IMG/VR virus record: IMGVR_UViG_3300027782_000104
Span: 1-56,496 of that record
Reading direction: 5' to 3' (one strand)
Length of the DNA stretch: 56,496 nucleotides
DNA from: a virus
Lineage: Duplodnaviria > Caudoviricetes
The notes under the pieces were generated by a model. The model was not told the origin of the DNA. It was given only the letters and a program-made list of their open reading frames with translations, and did not search any database. This document shows, one piece after another, positions 47,550-55,544 of this stretch; positions within the stretch are counted from its first letter, which is position 1; every line of letters starts with the position of its first letter. The position numbers were made by a program, and so were the translations under genes.

Positions 47550-47575
47550 TTTAGCGTTCTCCTAGCTTACCCCTT

Positions 47576-47610
47576 ATTCTAGCTCGGCTAGGGCTAATTG
47601 TCAAGCCCCT
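47576..47610 (-). promoter_or_regulatory. sigma70-type early promoter
   Basis: AGGGGC-TTGACA-17-TAGAAT. Confidence 0.8.
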
Positions 47611-47975
47611 TTTTCTTGCTTGACCGTAGCCTTATCTTCGTGGGTGAACTCGAATCGTAGCCCAAACGCCTTGATAACATGCTCGTGCGCCATGACGCGC
47701 AGTTCTTCGACGCTAGTCGTCTGCCCTAGGAACTTGTTGTTGTTCTTGAACCAACCATAATACAGACCGTCTTCCTTGACGATGTTGACAGGAATGAACG
47801 CCTTATCAGCGTCGTCGAAATCAAGCATGTCATCCGATGAAATGGAGCCAACGACTTCTGGTCCGTCTGGGTTGATGTTGAAATACTTGCGCATGAGGAA
47901 TCGCGCGAAAAAAATTCCAGCCATCCAGCTAGAAGCTACGAGTACGATATTGGCGATATAGTGAACGGGATCCAT
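47601..47975 (-). CDS. Membrane-anchored hypothetical protein
   Basis: N-terminal hydrophobic helix; Y.W.....FLGQ. Confidence 0.7.
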   Translation of the reverse strand: MDPVHYIANIVLVASSWMAGIFFARFLMRKYFNINPDGPEVVGSISSDDMLDFDDADKAFIPVNIVKEDGLYYGWFKNNNKFLGQTTSVEELRVMAHEHVIKAFGLRFEFTHEDKATVKQEKGA

Positions 47976-47984
47976 TCGATTTCC

Positions 47985-48821
47985 TTATGCGAAGAACGAG
48001 TCGAGATTGTTAGTGAACTGGGAACTCTCGTATGCCTTTTTCCACTGGATACGGACTTCCTTGCGATTTTCCATTCCCATCTTACCCCATGCACCTTCCT
48101 TTTCTACGACATCCACGAACTGTGGAAAATACTTTCGGAGCTCGTTCGCAGCTTGTTCTTGCAGTTCCTTATTGCGGAACGTGGAGTTGCCACCTGCGCT
48201 GTTATGATTATAATTGAAAAAGTATTTATAGATAATGGCGTTCTTGAATCCCTTCGTCAGCATTGACAACGTGATCCAGTAGTCTTCATAGAGCTTGATG
48301 CTCTTGTTCTGCTGATACATCCCGTCGAAACGAATCCCCTCGCGCTCCATCCAGTCTGTGCGTAGTCCGTACGTCGCGTATGCGCGACCCACTTCCTTGA
48401 TGTCCTCCTCCACGTGATTGTTTCCACCGCGAGCAGAAAAGCCGACTTGCATATACTCTTCGAGCATACTGTCGACCAAAGCATACATCCTCAACCATTC
48501 TTCTTCTTCCATCCCGTTGAACTGCTTCAGCTCTTCGTTACGCCAACCAAACGTAGCAAGGTCGTCAATGAACCAGACCTTTCCCTTGCCTACAGCAGGA
48601 TTGTCAATACAGCGTTGCCTAATATCAGCAATCCCATCAATATCACTGGGATTAGCAATAATACGGATACTATCAGGAATATGAGGTCGAAGGTTGGAAA
48701 CGCGATCTTCTCGCGTGAAAACATAGACGTTCTCGTGGAGCGTCTTGGGAATCTGAAAAACTGCACGTTGGTTATCCTCGCGCATGAAGGTTGTGATGAT
48801 AATCTTAAGGGGTAAACTCAT
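47985..48821 (-). CDS. TET-associated (GREB1-like) glycosyltransferase
   Basis: I.T..R, GIA.IRQ, WFIDD (GT-A DxD), EDY...L..L..G, GGNS..R, L...FP..V, I.WKKA; in an operon with the TET/JBP gene. Confidence 0.78.
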   Translation of the reverse strand: MSLPLKIIITTFMREDNQRAVFQIPKTLHENVYVFTREDRVSNLRPHIPDSIRIIANPSDIDGIADIRQRCIDNPAVGKGKVWFIDDLATFGWRNEELKQFNGMEEEEWLRMYALVDSMLEEYMQVGFSARGGNNHVEEDIKEVGRAYATYGLRTDWMEREGIRFDGMYQQNKSIKLYEDYWITLSMLTKGFKNAIIYKYFFNYNHNSAGGNSTFRNKELQEQAANELRKYFPQFVDVVEKEGAWGKMGMENRKEVRIQWKKAYESSQFTNNLDSFFA

Positions 48822-49197
48822 TCTGGAATCCTTCGAGTGTCATGGCTTTATCGTCGATGTACCACATTCCATATGGCTTACCGAACACGAGTTGGTCGAA
48901 TGGGATTTCGTTGCGGTCAAGCCAATCTACAGTGATTTGGCTGAGCTTATTGAAACAGGTCTCAACATCATTTAGCTGAGAGCGCATATGGCGCGCAGTC
49001 AGAATGGTGATGTACCATCCGTTCTTGTGACACTCGCGCAACTTTTCTACGATAGGAGTGTTTGGCGTAGTGGAACCATAACGAGTACGCGAATCCTCGA
49101 TAGATACGTCAGCGAAACTGAGCGTATCATCGAGGTCGAACACTAGGCTTTTATCATACAAATCCGCTGTCTGCGGACGCCTTACGATACAGTGCAT
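48805..49197 (-). CDS. Small HAD phosphatase (capsule-biosynthesis-phosphatase-like)
   Basis: FDLDDTL, TAR.M, WL....IP.D.L.FGKP, YIDDKA. The real start may be the TTG at 49161. Confidence 0.85.
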   Translation of the reverse strand: MHCIVRRPQTADLYDKSLVFDLDDTLSFADVSIEDSRTRYGSTTPNTPIVEKLRECHKNGWYITILTARHMRSQLNDVETCFNKLSQITVDWLDRNEIPFDQLVFGKPYGMWYIDDKAMTLEGFQNEFTP

Positions 49198-50749
49198 AGA
49201 AAACTTCCTGATTGGTCCTGTTATGTGAATGAAGTGGTATCATACTCAAAAACAGAGACGCTGTCAAGAACAAAGTTAAACGCCAAACCTTATCGCCATA
49301 TTTGGCTACGAAAGCAGTCTTGTAAGCTTCACGCGCAGCTTCTTTGCCAGCATCAAAGATTATGATATCGTCGCCTTTCTTGACATAGAGCTCAGCGTCG
49401 ATATAGTCGTAGGGATAGTAGGCGGAATGTGTGAGCTTGGCTAAGTCATACAGAATATTACCATACGCATCACCACGAGGGTCGATGAGCTTTATCTGTT
49501 TGCTGCCAGGATGATAGAAAATGTTCGAGAAGCAGAAATCGCCATGCGACAACGAGTCAGACCAATGAACAAGAGTTTCTTCGTCTTCCTTCATTTCATC
49601 GAACTTGCGCAGGAACTCACGCGCATGGTCGAAATCGAAATCAGGAAGCTCTTGTTCAATCATGAAGAATCGTTCCCAGTTCTTTTCGGACATCTTATTG
49701 AAGAACTCGGAATAGACACCTGGCTTATAGTAGAACCTGAACTTATCCAAGATATCAAACAACTTGGTATAGATTTCTGTCCAGAAGATTGGGTCAGATT
49801 CAAGATACAGATAAAGCTCACGCAACGTAGGACTATCAATACGCTCCATCGTGTAGGTAGGACGTCCGCTTTCTACGCTACCATATGGTTTCTTTTCAAG
49901 GATACGCGGAGTCAGCAACTTGATAGGAGTCGGAAGATTTTCGTACCAGTTCATCTCAGCATGAATCTTAGCTGGTTGCATATGAGACGACTTGGTGATA
50001 GTCGTTCCCTTATCCGTAGCATGAACCTGATTAAACTCACGCGAGTTCTTGATGCCGCGATTCTCAAGATACTCTTGCAACGTACCAAAGTCTTTGATAC
50101 TGATTTCCTTAACCTGAATTTCTTCCTTAGCCGTATAACGTGTCATGGCGTACGAAATCTGAACCTCACCATCACGCACGCGAGCGCTGTAGATTGCTTC
50201 ATGCAACGACTCACGCAAAAGCGCACCATTTGCGAAATAGTAAACTCCGCTCACGGCAAGATTCGTAGGAGGCTTATCAGCAGGCTTATCATGAAATGCT
50301 CTGATGCGATTATCACCCACTTCAGCCATACACCAGCGATTCCAGTCAGGAACTTTCTGTACGCTAATCCAAGAAACAGAACCTGTAGCGAACCACATAT
50401 CAGGAACAGTCTTGACGATGATATCACTCAACAGAACAAGAACTGGCTCGTTGATAGTTTCAGGAATACCGCAGTAGATAGATACGGCAGGACCACCATT
50501 TCCGATATCAACATAGTCTTCGAAACGAATCCTATCATCGTCCGGATAATACATCTTCACAATCTCAATGATGCGATGACCCTGATGACCCGTAACGATC
50601 GTGACGATACGAGCACCAGCTTCAAGCGCGAAACGGATGTTATGAACGATGATAGGAATTTCTTGATACGGCAGGACGCACTTAGGATAGTTCTTACCGA
50701 GTTCGTTGAACCGAACGCCGCGTCCTGCCGCAGGAATCACACAATGCAT
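49154..50749 (-). CDS. Sugar-phosphate nucleotidyltransferase fused to an APH/choline-kinase-like domain
   Basis: N-terminal VIPAAGRG.RF..L....PK..LP, LSD, AVSGVYYF, DFGTL. C-terminal R.FN, K...E..WY..LP, HGDFCFSNI, IDPRG, YD.AKL.HS, SLFLSMIPLH. Confidence 0.88.
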   Translation of the reverse strand: MHCVIPAAGRGVRFNELGKNYPKCVLPYQEIPIIVHNIRFALEAGARIVTIVTGHQGHRIIEIVKMYYPDDDRIRFEDYVDIGNGGPAVSIYCGIPETINEPVLVLLSDIIVKTVPDMWFATGSVSWISVQKVPDWNRWCMAEVGDNRIRAFHDKPADKPPTNLAVSGVYYFANGALLRESLHEAIYSARVRDGEVQISYAMTRYTAKEEIQVKEISIKDFGTLQEYLENRGIKNSREFNQVHATDKGTTITKSSHMQPAKIHAEMNWYENLPTPIKLLTPRILEKKPYGSVESGRPTYTMERIDSPTLRELYLYLESDPIFWTEIYTKLFDILDKFRFYYKPGVYSEFFNKMSEKNWERFFMIEQELPDFDFDHAREFLRKFDEMKEDEETLVHWSDSLSHGDFCFSNIFYHPGSKQIKLIDPRGDAYGNILYDLAKLTHSAYYPYDYIDAELYVKKGDDIIIFDAGKEAAREAYKTAFVAKYGDKVWRLTLFLTASLFLSMIPLHSHNRTNQEVFYALYRKASADSGFV

Positions 50750-50763
50750 AGTATATCTCCTTC

Positions 50764-52185
50764 TTAGAAAGTTTGCTCGAGACCAAGCTTATTTAGAACC
50801 TCGTTTGCCTGCTCTAAGAATCCGTTATGACCAAGATAGTTCGCCCACTCTACTGTATCCCACATTCCAGGAGACACACCATTCCAGCTATCAGAGAGCA
50901 CACCTTGTTCATTCTTAGGACGGTCTGGATGCTCCTTACTATCGCGACGCATATACACAAACTCGCGACGACATTCTTCATACTTACGCGAACCACAACT
51001 AATCATAGACTCACGGAAATACATGACCACACTCATACGCTCGAAACCTTCTTCGTAGTCGAACGCAGGTGAGTTGCTATGAATACGATGAGCATTCATC
51101 ATAATCATATCACCGGCGCGGATATCAACAGCAACGCGGAACTCGGGAAAGCAAAGATAGAAACCATTATATTGCTTACCATTATCAAGAACGAGTAGAT
51201 TGCTGAATCCCTTAGGAATATTAACGCCTGGAGTTTCGTAGCATTCACACAGATCACCAACATCTCTATGAGCAGCAGTACGAAAATCGCGATTGATAGT
51301 TAGAGTCGTATAGACAGTATTACCGATACGCCAATCTTCACCGATTTGCTTCATAGCTTCCGCTTGACCTGCCCAGCGAATAGGGACTTCGCGCTTGAAT
51401 ACTTCATTAGCAGCTTCGAACAGAGCAAGAGAAGCTTCGTATTTATCTTTGTTGTTCGATTGCCATCCAGTTTCACGGCAGAAAGGAATACGTGGATATC
51501 TATCCATGAAACCACCAACACCAGAACGAACACCATTAGCATACGTTGTGTCTGAAATCATGTCGAACAGGATATGATGTGCTGCTTGACGACGCTCGTT
51601 CGCATTCTTAGTACGAACATCAGCATACCACTTGTCGAAGTCAAAGTCAAGAGCTTTAGTTTTGCCTACTATCCAGATAGCGCCTGCACGAACGTCACCG
51701 TTTTCTTTATTTCCACCAGCACCACGACCTTGCAAAGGAGTATCGGGGGTGTTTTCATAAATTTCTTGCAGTCTATCTTGGTCGTCTATAGAACGAGTCG
51801 AACCCTGAGCAAGATACTGTAGAACTGCTTTTTCGCGTTCAGTCACCCAACGGCGAGAACCTTCACCGTCAGGCAATTTCTGAAATGCAGTATCGCGTTC
51901 GGCTCCAGCAGCGAGACCGCGATTATCAGACATCATAGCGCCACTACGCAAATGTTTGAATGCGGCGTCTGTCATTTCTTTAGGGAACACATTCTTACGA
52001 AACTTGCATAGCAAATTACGTTCGCTATGCTCTTCTCCCAAAGCTAACTGAAATGGCGTCAACGGCTCATAGACGTCTGTATCTTCTGTTAGCACCAAAT
52101 CATAACAATCATGGTCTAGAAACTTGCCTAGTTTATCATTGAGTTGGTTCAACTGTGAATGTTCGAGATAGATTTTCTTAACCAT
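50764..52185 (-). CDS. TET/JBP-family 2OG-Fe(II) dioxygenase (pyrimidine 5-methyl hydroxylase)
   Basis: SGV.GFMDR.PR.P.CR.T, TVYTTLTIN..FRTAAHRD.GD (HxD), L.FPE..VAVD...GD...M..H..H.N, R.S.V.Y.RE.M..C. Confidence 0.85.
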   Translation of the reverse strand: MVKKIYLEHSQLNQLNDKLGKFLDHDCYDLVLTEDTDVYEPLTPFQLALGEEHSERNLLCKFRKNVFPKEMTDAAFKHLRSGAMMSDNRGLAAGAERDTAFQKLPDGEGSRRWVTEREKAVLQYLAQGSTRSIDDQDRLQEIYENTPDTPLQGRGAGGNKENGDVRAGAIWIVGKTKALDFDFDKWYADVRTKNANERRQAAHHILFDMISDTTYANGVRSGVGGFMDRYPRIPFCRETGWQSNNKDKYEASLALFEAANEVFKREVPIRWAGQAEAMKQIGEDWRIGNTVYTTLTINRDFRTAAHRDVGDLCECYETPGVNIPKGFSNLLVLDNGKQYNGFYLCFPEFRVAVDIRAGDMIMMNAHRIHSNSPAFDYEEGFERMSVVMYFRESMISCGSRKYEECRREFVYMRRDSKEHPDRPKNEQGVLSDSWNGVSPGMWDTVEWANYLGHNGFLEQANEVLNKLGLEQTF

Positions 52186-52215
52186 GGTAAACTCCTTCTC
52201 CTAAATTCGATACCA

Positions 52216-52794
52216 CTATGTATGCTTTAGAAGATTCTCATAAGTGTTGATAAACACATTTTTACCATATACTGGATTAATTGTCAAGTCATTTGGGAAA
52301 ATAAAAATGAAGTCAACCTCAGGATGTTGGTTTACAAGCCATTGAACATAACGAATACGTCCGGGATTATCATTCGCGCTCGCGCGAGTTTCCATACCAT
52401 AGTTATCTGTGCCATGATAGAGATTAGACACAGACTGATTAGCATCACTAATCATAAAGTCAAAGCCCATGCAAATCAACTGGTCGAAATCCAGCTTGAT
52501 TGCTTCGCGCATAGCATTGACACCAGCATTACTGCGCGGGCGTCCTTGATTACAAGAAGCTGGTTCCCAGCGTTCATCAATCGGTGGAAAGATAACACGT
52601 TTCGATGGGAAATCAGAACTTTCAATTTCTGTCATGATGCCGTCGTCGATAGCAACAAGATAATCAGGAATCGAGTGGTCTGGGAAATCTCTATAGAGCG
52701 CATTGCATCCAAAGATAGTCCCGTATGGTTTCAGCCTCGTGAGGTCAAACGACTTACGAGACGTACCATTACCGATGATAAACGCTGTATTCAT
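52216..52794 (-). CDS. Rossmann-like GT29/MptE-like protein
   Basis: AFIIGNGTSR..FDL, GCNALYRD..PDYLVAID, G..A...A, GFD. Confidence 0.6.
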   Translation of the reverse strand: MNTAFIIGNGTSRKSFDLTRLKPYGTIFGCNALYRDFPDHSIPDYLVAIDDGIMTEIESSDFPSKRVIFPPIDERWEPASCNQGRPRSNAGVNAMREAIKLDFDQLICMGFDFMISDANQSVSNLYHGTDNYGMETRASANDNPGRIRYVQWLVNQHPEVDFIFIFPNDLTINPVYGKNVFINTYENLLKHT

Positions 52795-53264
52795 TTCTTA
52801 GCCTTTGCCGCCTTAGTTGTCTTAGGTTGTGCTGTATCCCAATGACCAGCAAGATTAGGGAATGCTTGCTTAACTGCTTCCATGCTGATATTGAGCTGCT
52901 TATTTTTCATGCGTAGAATCAACTTAGCATCACGAGGATCGACCGATTCAAGCACCTGAATGAAAAGCTGCTCGCGCTTAATAGTCTTTACTGTGCGACC
53001 TTCATCGGTGTCTACGAAATAGATAAGTTTCTTGCACTCAGAGTAAAACTTTTCTTCCTGATCAGCTGCTTCAAACAGCGGAGTATATGGAGGGTCGGTT
53101 TCAGGAAGCAACCACTTGCATCCAGGGTCCATACCATAACCAAGCACAATCTTTAGTGCGTATGAAGAATGCAGATTGAGAAAATCAACCTGTCGTTCTA
53201 CGGTTGTTTGAGCTTCAATCTTTTCGATGATCGAAGACATACATTTTCTTGAATCAAGCGCCAT
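52791..53264 (-). CDS. Conserved T4-like hypothetical protein
   Basis: LK.VL...DP...W.LPE..PPY, L..FV, KREQLFIQ.LE.VDP.DA.L...MK.K. Confidence 0.8.
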   Translation of the reverse strand: MALDSRKCMSSIIEKIEAQTTVERQVDFLNLHSSYALKIVLGYGMDPGCKWLLPETDPPYTPLFEAADQEEKFYSECKKLIYFVDTDEGRTVKTIKREQLFIQVLESVDPRDAKLILRMKNKQLNISMEAVKQAFPNLAGHWDTAQPKTTKAAKAKK

Positions 53265-53571
53265 CGTCAATCTCCATTTCTTGTGAATCGTAGTCGATAT
53301 AGTTTATATATGAAAATTTTCTGTCATCATCCCACGACGCGAGATAATCATTATCTTCATTGAATAACTTTATATACTCATCGCGACTGATTTCATAATG
53401 AGAAATCACAGGACTTGGTTCCAAGTGTTTCTGACTGAATTCTTTGAATTCGAAATTTTGTTCTTGCATAATAACTTCGTCGAGCGCATGGTCAATGTCG
53501 TCTTCTACTTCAACAACATAGCGCATACGATACTGCGAAAGCACTTCAACCATAACAAGTTTCTTAGTCAT
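53254..53571 (-). CDS. Hypothetical protein
   Basis: V.VE..SQ.RMRY.VE, EFSQ.HL, DNDYL..W. Confidence 0.75.
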   Translation of the reverse strand: MTKKLVMVEVLSQYRMRYVVEVEDDIDHALDEVIMQEQNFEFKEFSQKHLEPSPVISHYEISRDEYIKLFNEDNDYLASWDDDRKFSYINYIDYDSQEMEIDDGA

Positions 53572-53981
53572 TAGATATCGCCTTCCTTACGATTCTGTGA
53601 GTAGAACGGATCAAACGTACCGCCGGGATAACGAGCTTCAAGCTTAGTCACGTTTCCTGCGATCACTTCATTCGGATCAATCTGCAACGCATTACACGCA
53701 TTAGTCCAATACCAAATCACATCGCCGAGTTCCTTGATAAGATGCTGACGAGTTTCCTCGGTGTAAGGTTTACCCTGGAACAACACCTTCTTGATGATTT
53801 CCTGAGCTTCGCCTGCTTCACTGGTCATGCCAATCATAGCCGTAAGCAACAGAGGCACATTGATGATATTATCCCTATCATAGTGTATTTGCTTCACTCT
53901 GTCAAGAAATTCCGCACATACGCGACTTTCTTTGCTCGTTACAGCCATAACGAACTCAGCATACTTAGCCATATCAATCAT
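53571..53981 (-). CDS. mazG: MazG-like nucleotide pyrophosphohydrolase
   Basis: LLTA.IG..SEAGE..EI.KK..FQGK, L.KELGDV.WY, N..KL..RYP.G.F. Confidence 0.88.
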   Translation of the reverse strand: MIDMAKYAEFVMAVTSKESRVCAEFLDRVKQIHYDRDNIINVPLLLTAMIGMTSEAGEAQEIIKKVLFQGKPYTEETRQHLIKELGDVIWYWTNACNALQIDPNEVIAGNVTKLEARYPGGTFDPFYSQNRKEGDI

Positions 53982-54256
53982 TCTTCAAGTTCTCCAGTAG
54001 GTAATAAGATTTGTGTTACTTTTAAATCATTCATGTCTCGTTGAGCTATTGGAAGAGGAATCCACTCAGGCGAACCCTGACGCTTATATTGAATCTCGTG
54101 GCGCAGAATATCCCACGTTTTCTTTTCAGCCGTAGTCCATCCCCAATAGTTTACTGCGCGGATATCAATCACAGCATTATCAAGTTTCGCCTTGAGGCTT
54201 CGAATCTCTTTTTCCATCGCAACGATATCACGTTCGATACGATCTGTATCACTCAT
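53978..54256 (-). CDS. Hypothetical protein
   Basis: 92 aa, coupled to rnh and mazG. Confidence 0.65.
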   Translation of the reverse strand: MSDTDRIERDIVAMEKEIRSLKAKLDNAVIDIRAVNYWGWTTAEKKTWDILRHEIQYKRQGSPEWIPLPIAQRDMNDLKVTQILLPTGELEE

Positions 54257-55134
54257 CAGAATTCTCCGATAGCTTCAGTGAGCGTACGCAAACGATTCTT
54301 GATGAAGTAGTTAAGAATCATGCTGCGCGGCAGTCGCTCGTAGTTTTCATACGCCTCAACGATTTCTTTCTGTAGATCCTGAGGAATATAGTCGAAGTCA
54401 ACCATGACACGATTACGCTCATAGTTCGACAGCATCCCTGGAGTCGTACAATATGTAGCATAGTCAAGCATAGTCCATTCTTCCAGCTTTTTCTTAGGAA
54501 GAGGTTTCTGGCGCTTACCATCTACAACGAACGTGTCGTCATCAGAAAGGAAATTAGGCACACCGTCACCAGCGTCACCCTGTAGAATATGATACTGCTT
54601 GAACCGAGCAGGATTCACATCAGGCGTGATGAACTTCTTAGCGATTGGACTGTACTGTGTGATGTTACCGAACTGCTGCAACTGCATGAAATCCTTATCA
54701 CCTGATACGATAAGGATGCGTTCGGCTGTGTTGAGAAACGAGCCACGAGCATTACAGATAGAACCAATAATATCATCAGCTTCAGCTTTCTCAAAACGCA
54801 GTGTGATGTATGGCATATTATCACGCATCTCATCGCGAATCTTGTTCAGAGAAGTGAAAATAACATTCCAATCGTGGGGCGACTTATCGCGGGACTTTCT
54901 ACGAGCAGCCTTATAGTGAGGAAATACGTCACGACGCCAGTACGAGTAGCCATCGCAACAGATTACGAGCTCACCATACTCTTCACCGAACTTTTTCTTG
55001 TATAGTCGCAGGCTCGACAGGACCATATGGCGGACCATTTCCTCGTCGAGCTGCTTTTCATTATTAGCCAATTGCATCATGATATTGGAAATCATGACTT
55101 GACTGAAATCTACGAGGATCATACCAAACTCCAT
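54256..55134 (-). CDS. rnh: T4-type RNase H / 5'-3' exonuclease
   Basis: ILVDFSQ, WRR..FP.YKA.R, EADDII, SGDKDF.QL, GD.GDGVPN.LS.DD, N..RN..L/MVD...IP. Confidence 0.95.
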   Translation of the reverse strand: MEFGMILVDFSQVMISNIMMQLANNEKQLDEEMVRHMVLSSLRLYKKKFGEEYGELVICCDGYSYWRRDVFPHYKAARRKSRDKSPHDWNVIFTSLNKIRDEMRDNMPYITLRFEKAEADDIIGSICNARGSFLNTAERILIVSGDKDFMQLQQFGNITQYSPIAKKFITPDVNPARFKQYHILQGDAGDGVPNFLSDDDTFVVDGKRQKPLPKKKLEEWTMLDYATYCTTPGMLSNYERNRVMVDFDYIPQDLQKEIVEAYENYERLPRSMILNYFIKNRLRTLTEAIGEF

Positions 55135-55144
55135 TTCATAACAT

Positions 55145-55173
55145 ATAGTACCACGTCAGCGACGAGATGTCAA
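55145..55173 (-). promoter_or_regulatory. sigma70-type promoter of rnh
   Basis: TTGACA-17-TACTAT. Confidence 0.7.
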
Positions 55174-55544
55174 GCTGGTTCTGGATCTGGTTCGAACTCA
55201 TCATCGTCATTATCATGCGCAAACTTCACACACTTGTCTACGATTTCCTGGAAAGGATGATGAATATCATACGTGGCGTACAAAGTAGAACGCACAGTCT
55301 CCACTACAAAGCCAAAGTTCTTATCAAACACCTTCGTCTGAATATCAAAGCCTTCTTCATGAAACTCAGAAAGCAAATGAAGGGCTAGCTCGTGTACGAA
55401 CTCATCGACGTATTTACGATCAGCCTCTTCATTCTTTTCTGCTTCCTCGATAGGAACTAGGCGTAGTCTTGTCGTGGGAAAAGGAATGATATTGTCCTCA
55501 CTTGACTGCTCGGAGGATGACGGTGGTTTCGTTGACTCGTCCAT
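55170..55544 (-). CDS. Hypothetical protein
   Basis: NIIPFP..., E..RS.......HHP.Q. Confidence 0.7.
   Translation of the reverse strand: MDESTKPPSSSEQSSEDNIIPFPTTRLRLVPIEEAEKNEEADRKYVDEFVHELALHLLSEFHEEGFDIQTKVFDKNFGFVVETVRSTLYATYDIHHPFQEIVDKCVKFAHDNDDDEFEPDPEPA

Noticed and set aside
49511-50767. 418-aa + strand ORF antisense to the NTase-kinase gene
   Set aside because: No recognisable motifs or SD; best explained as a shadow frame produced by codon bias of the real gene.
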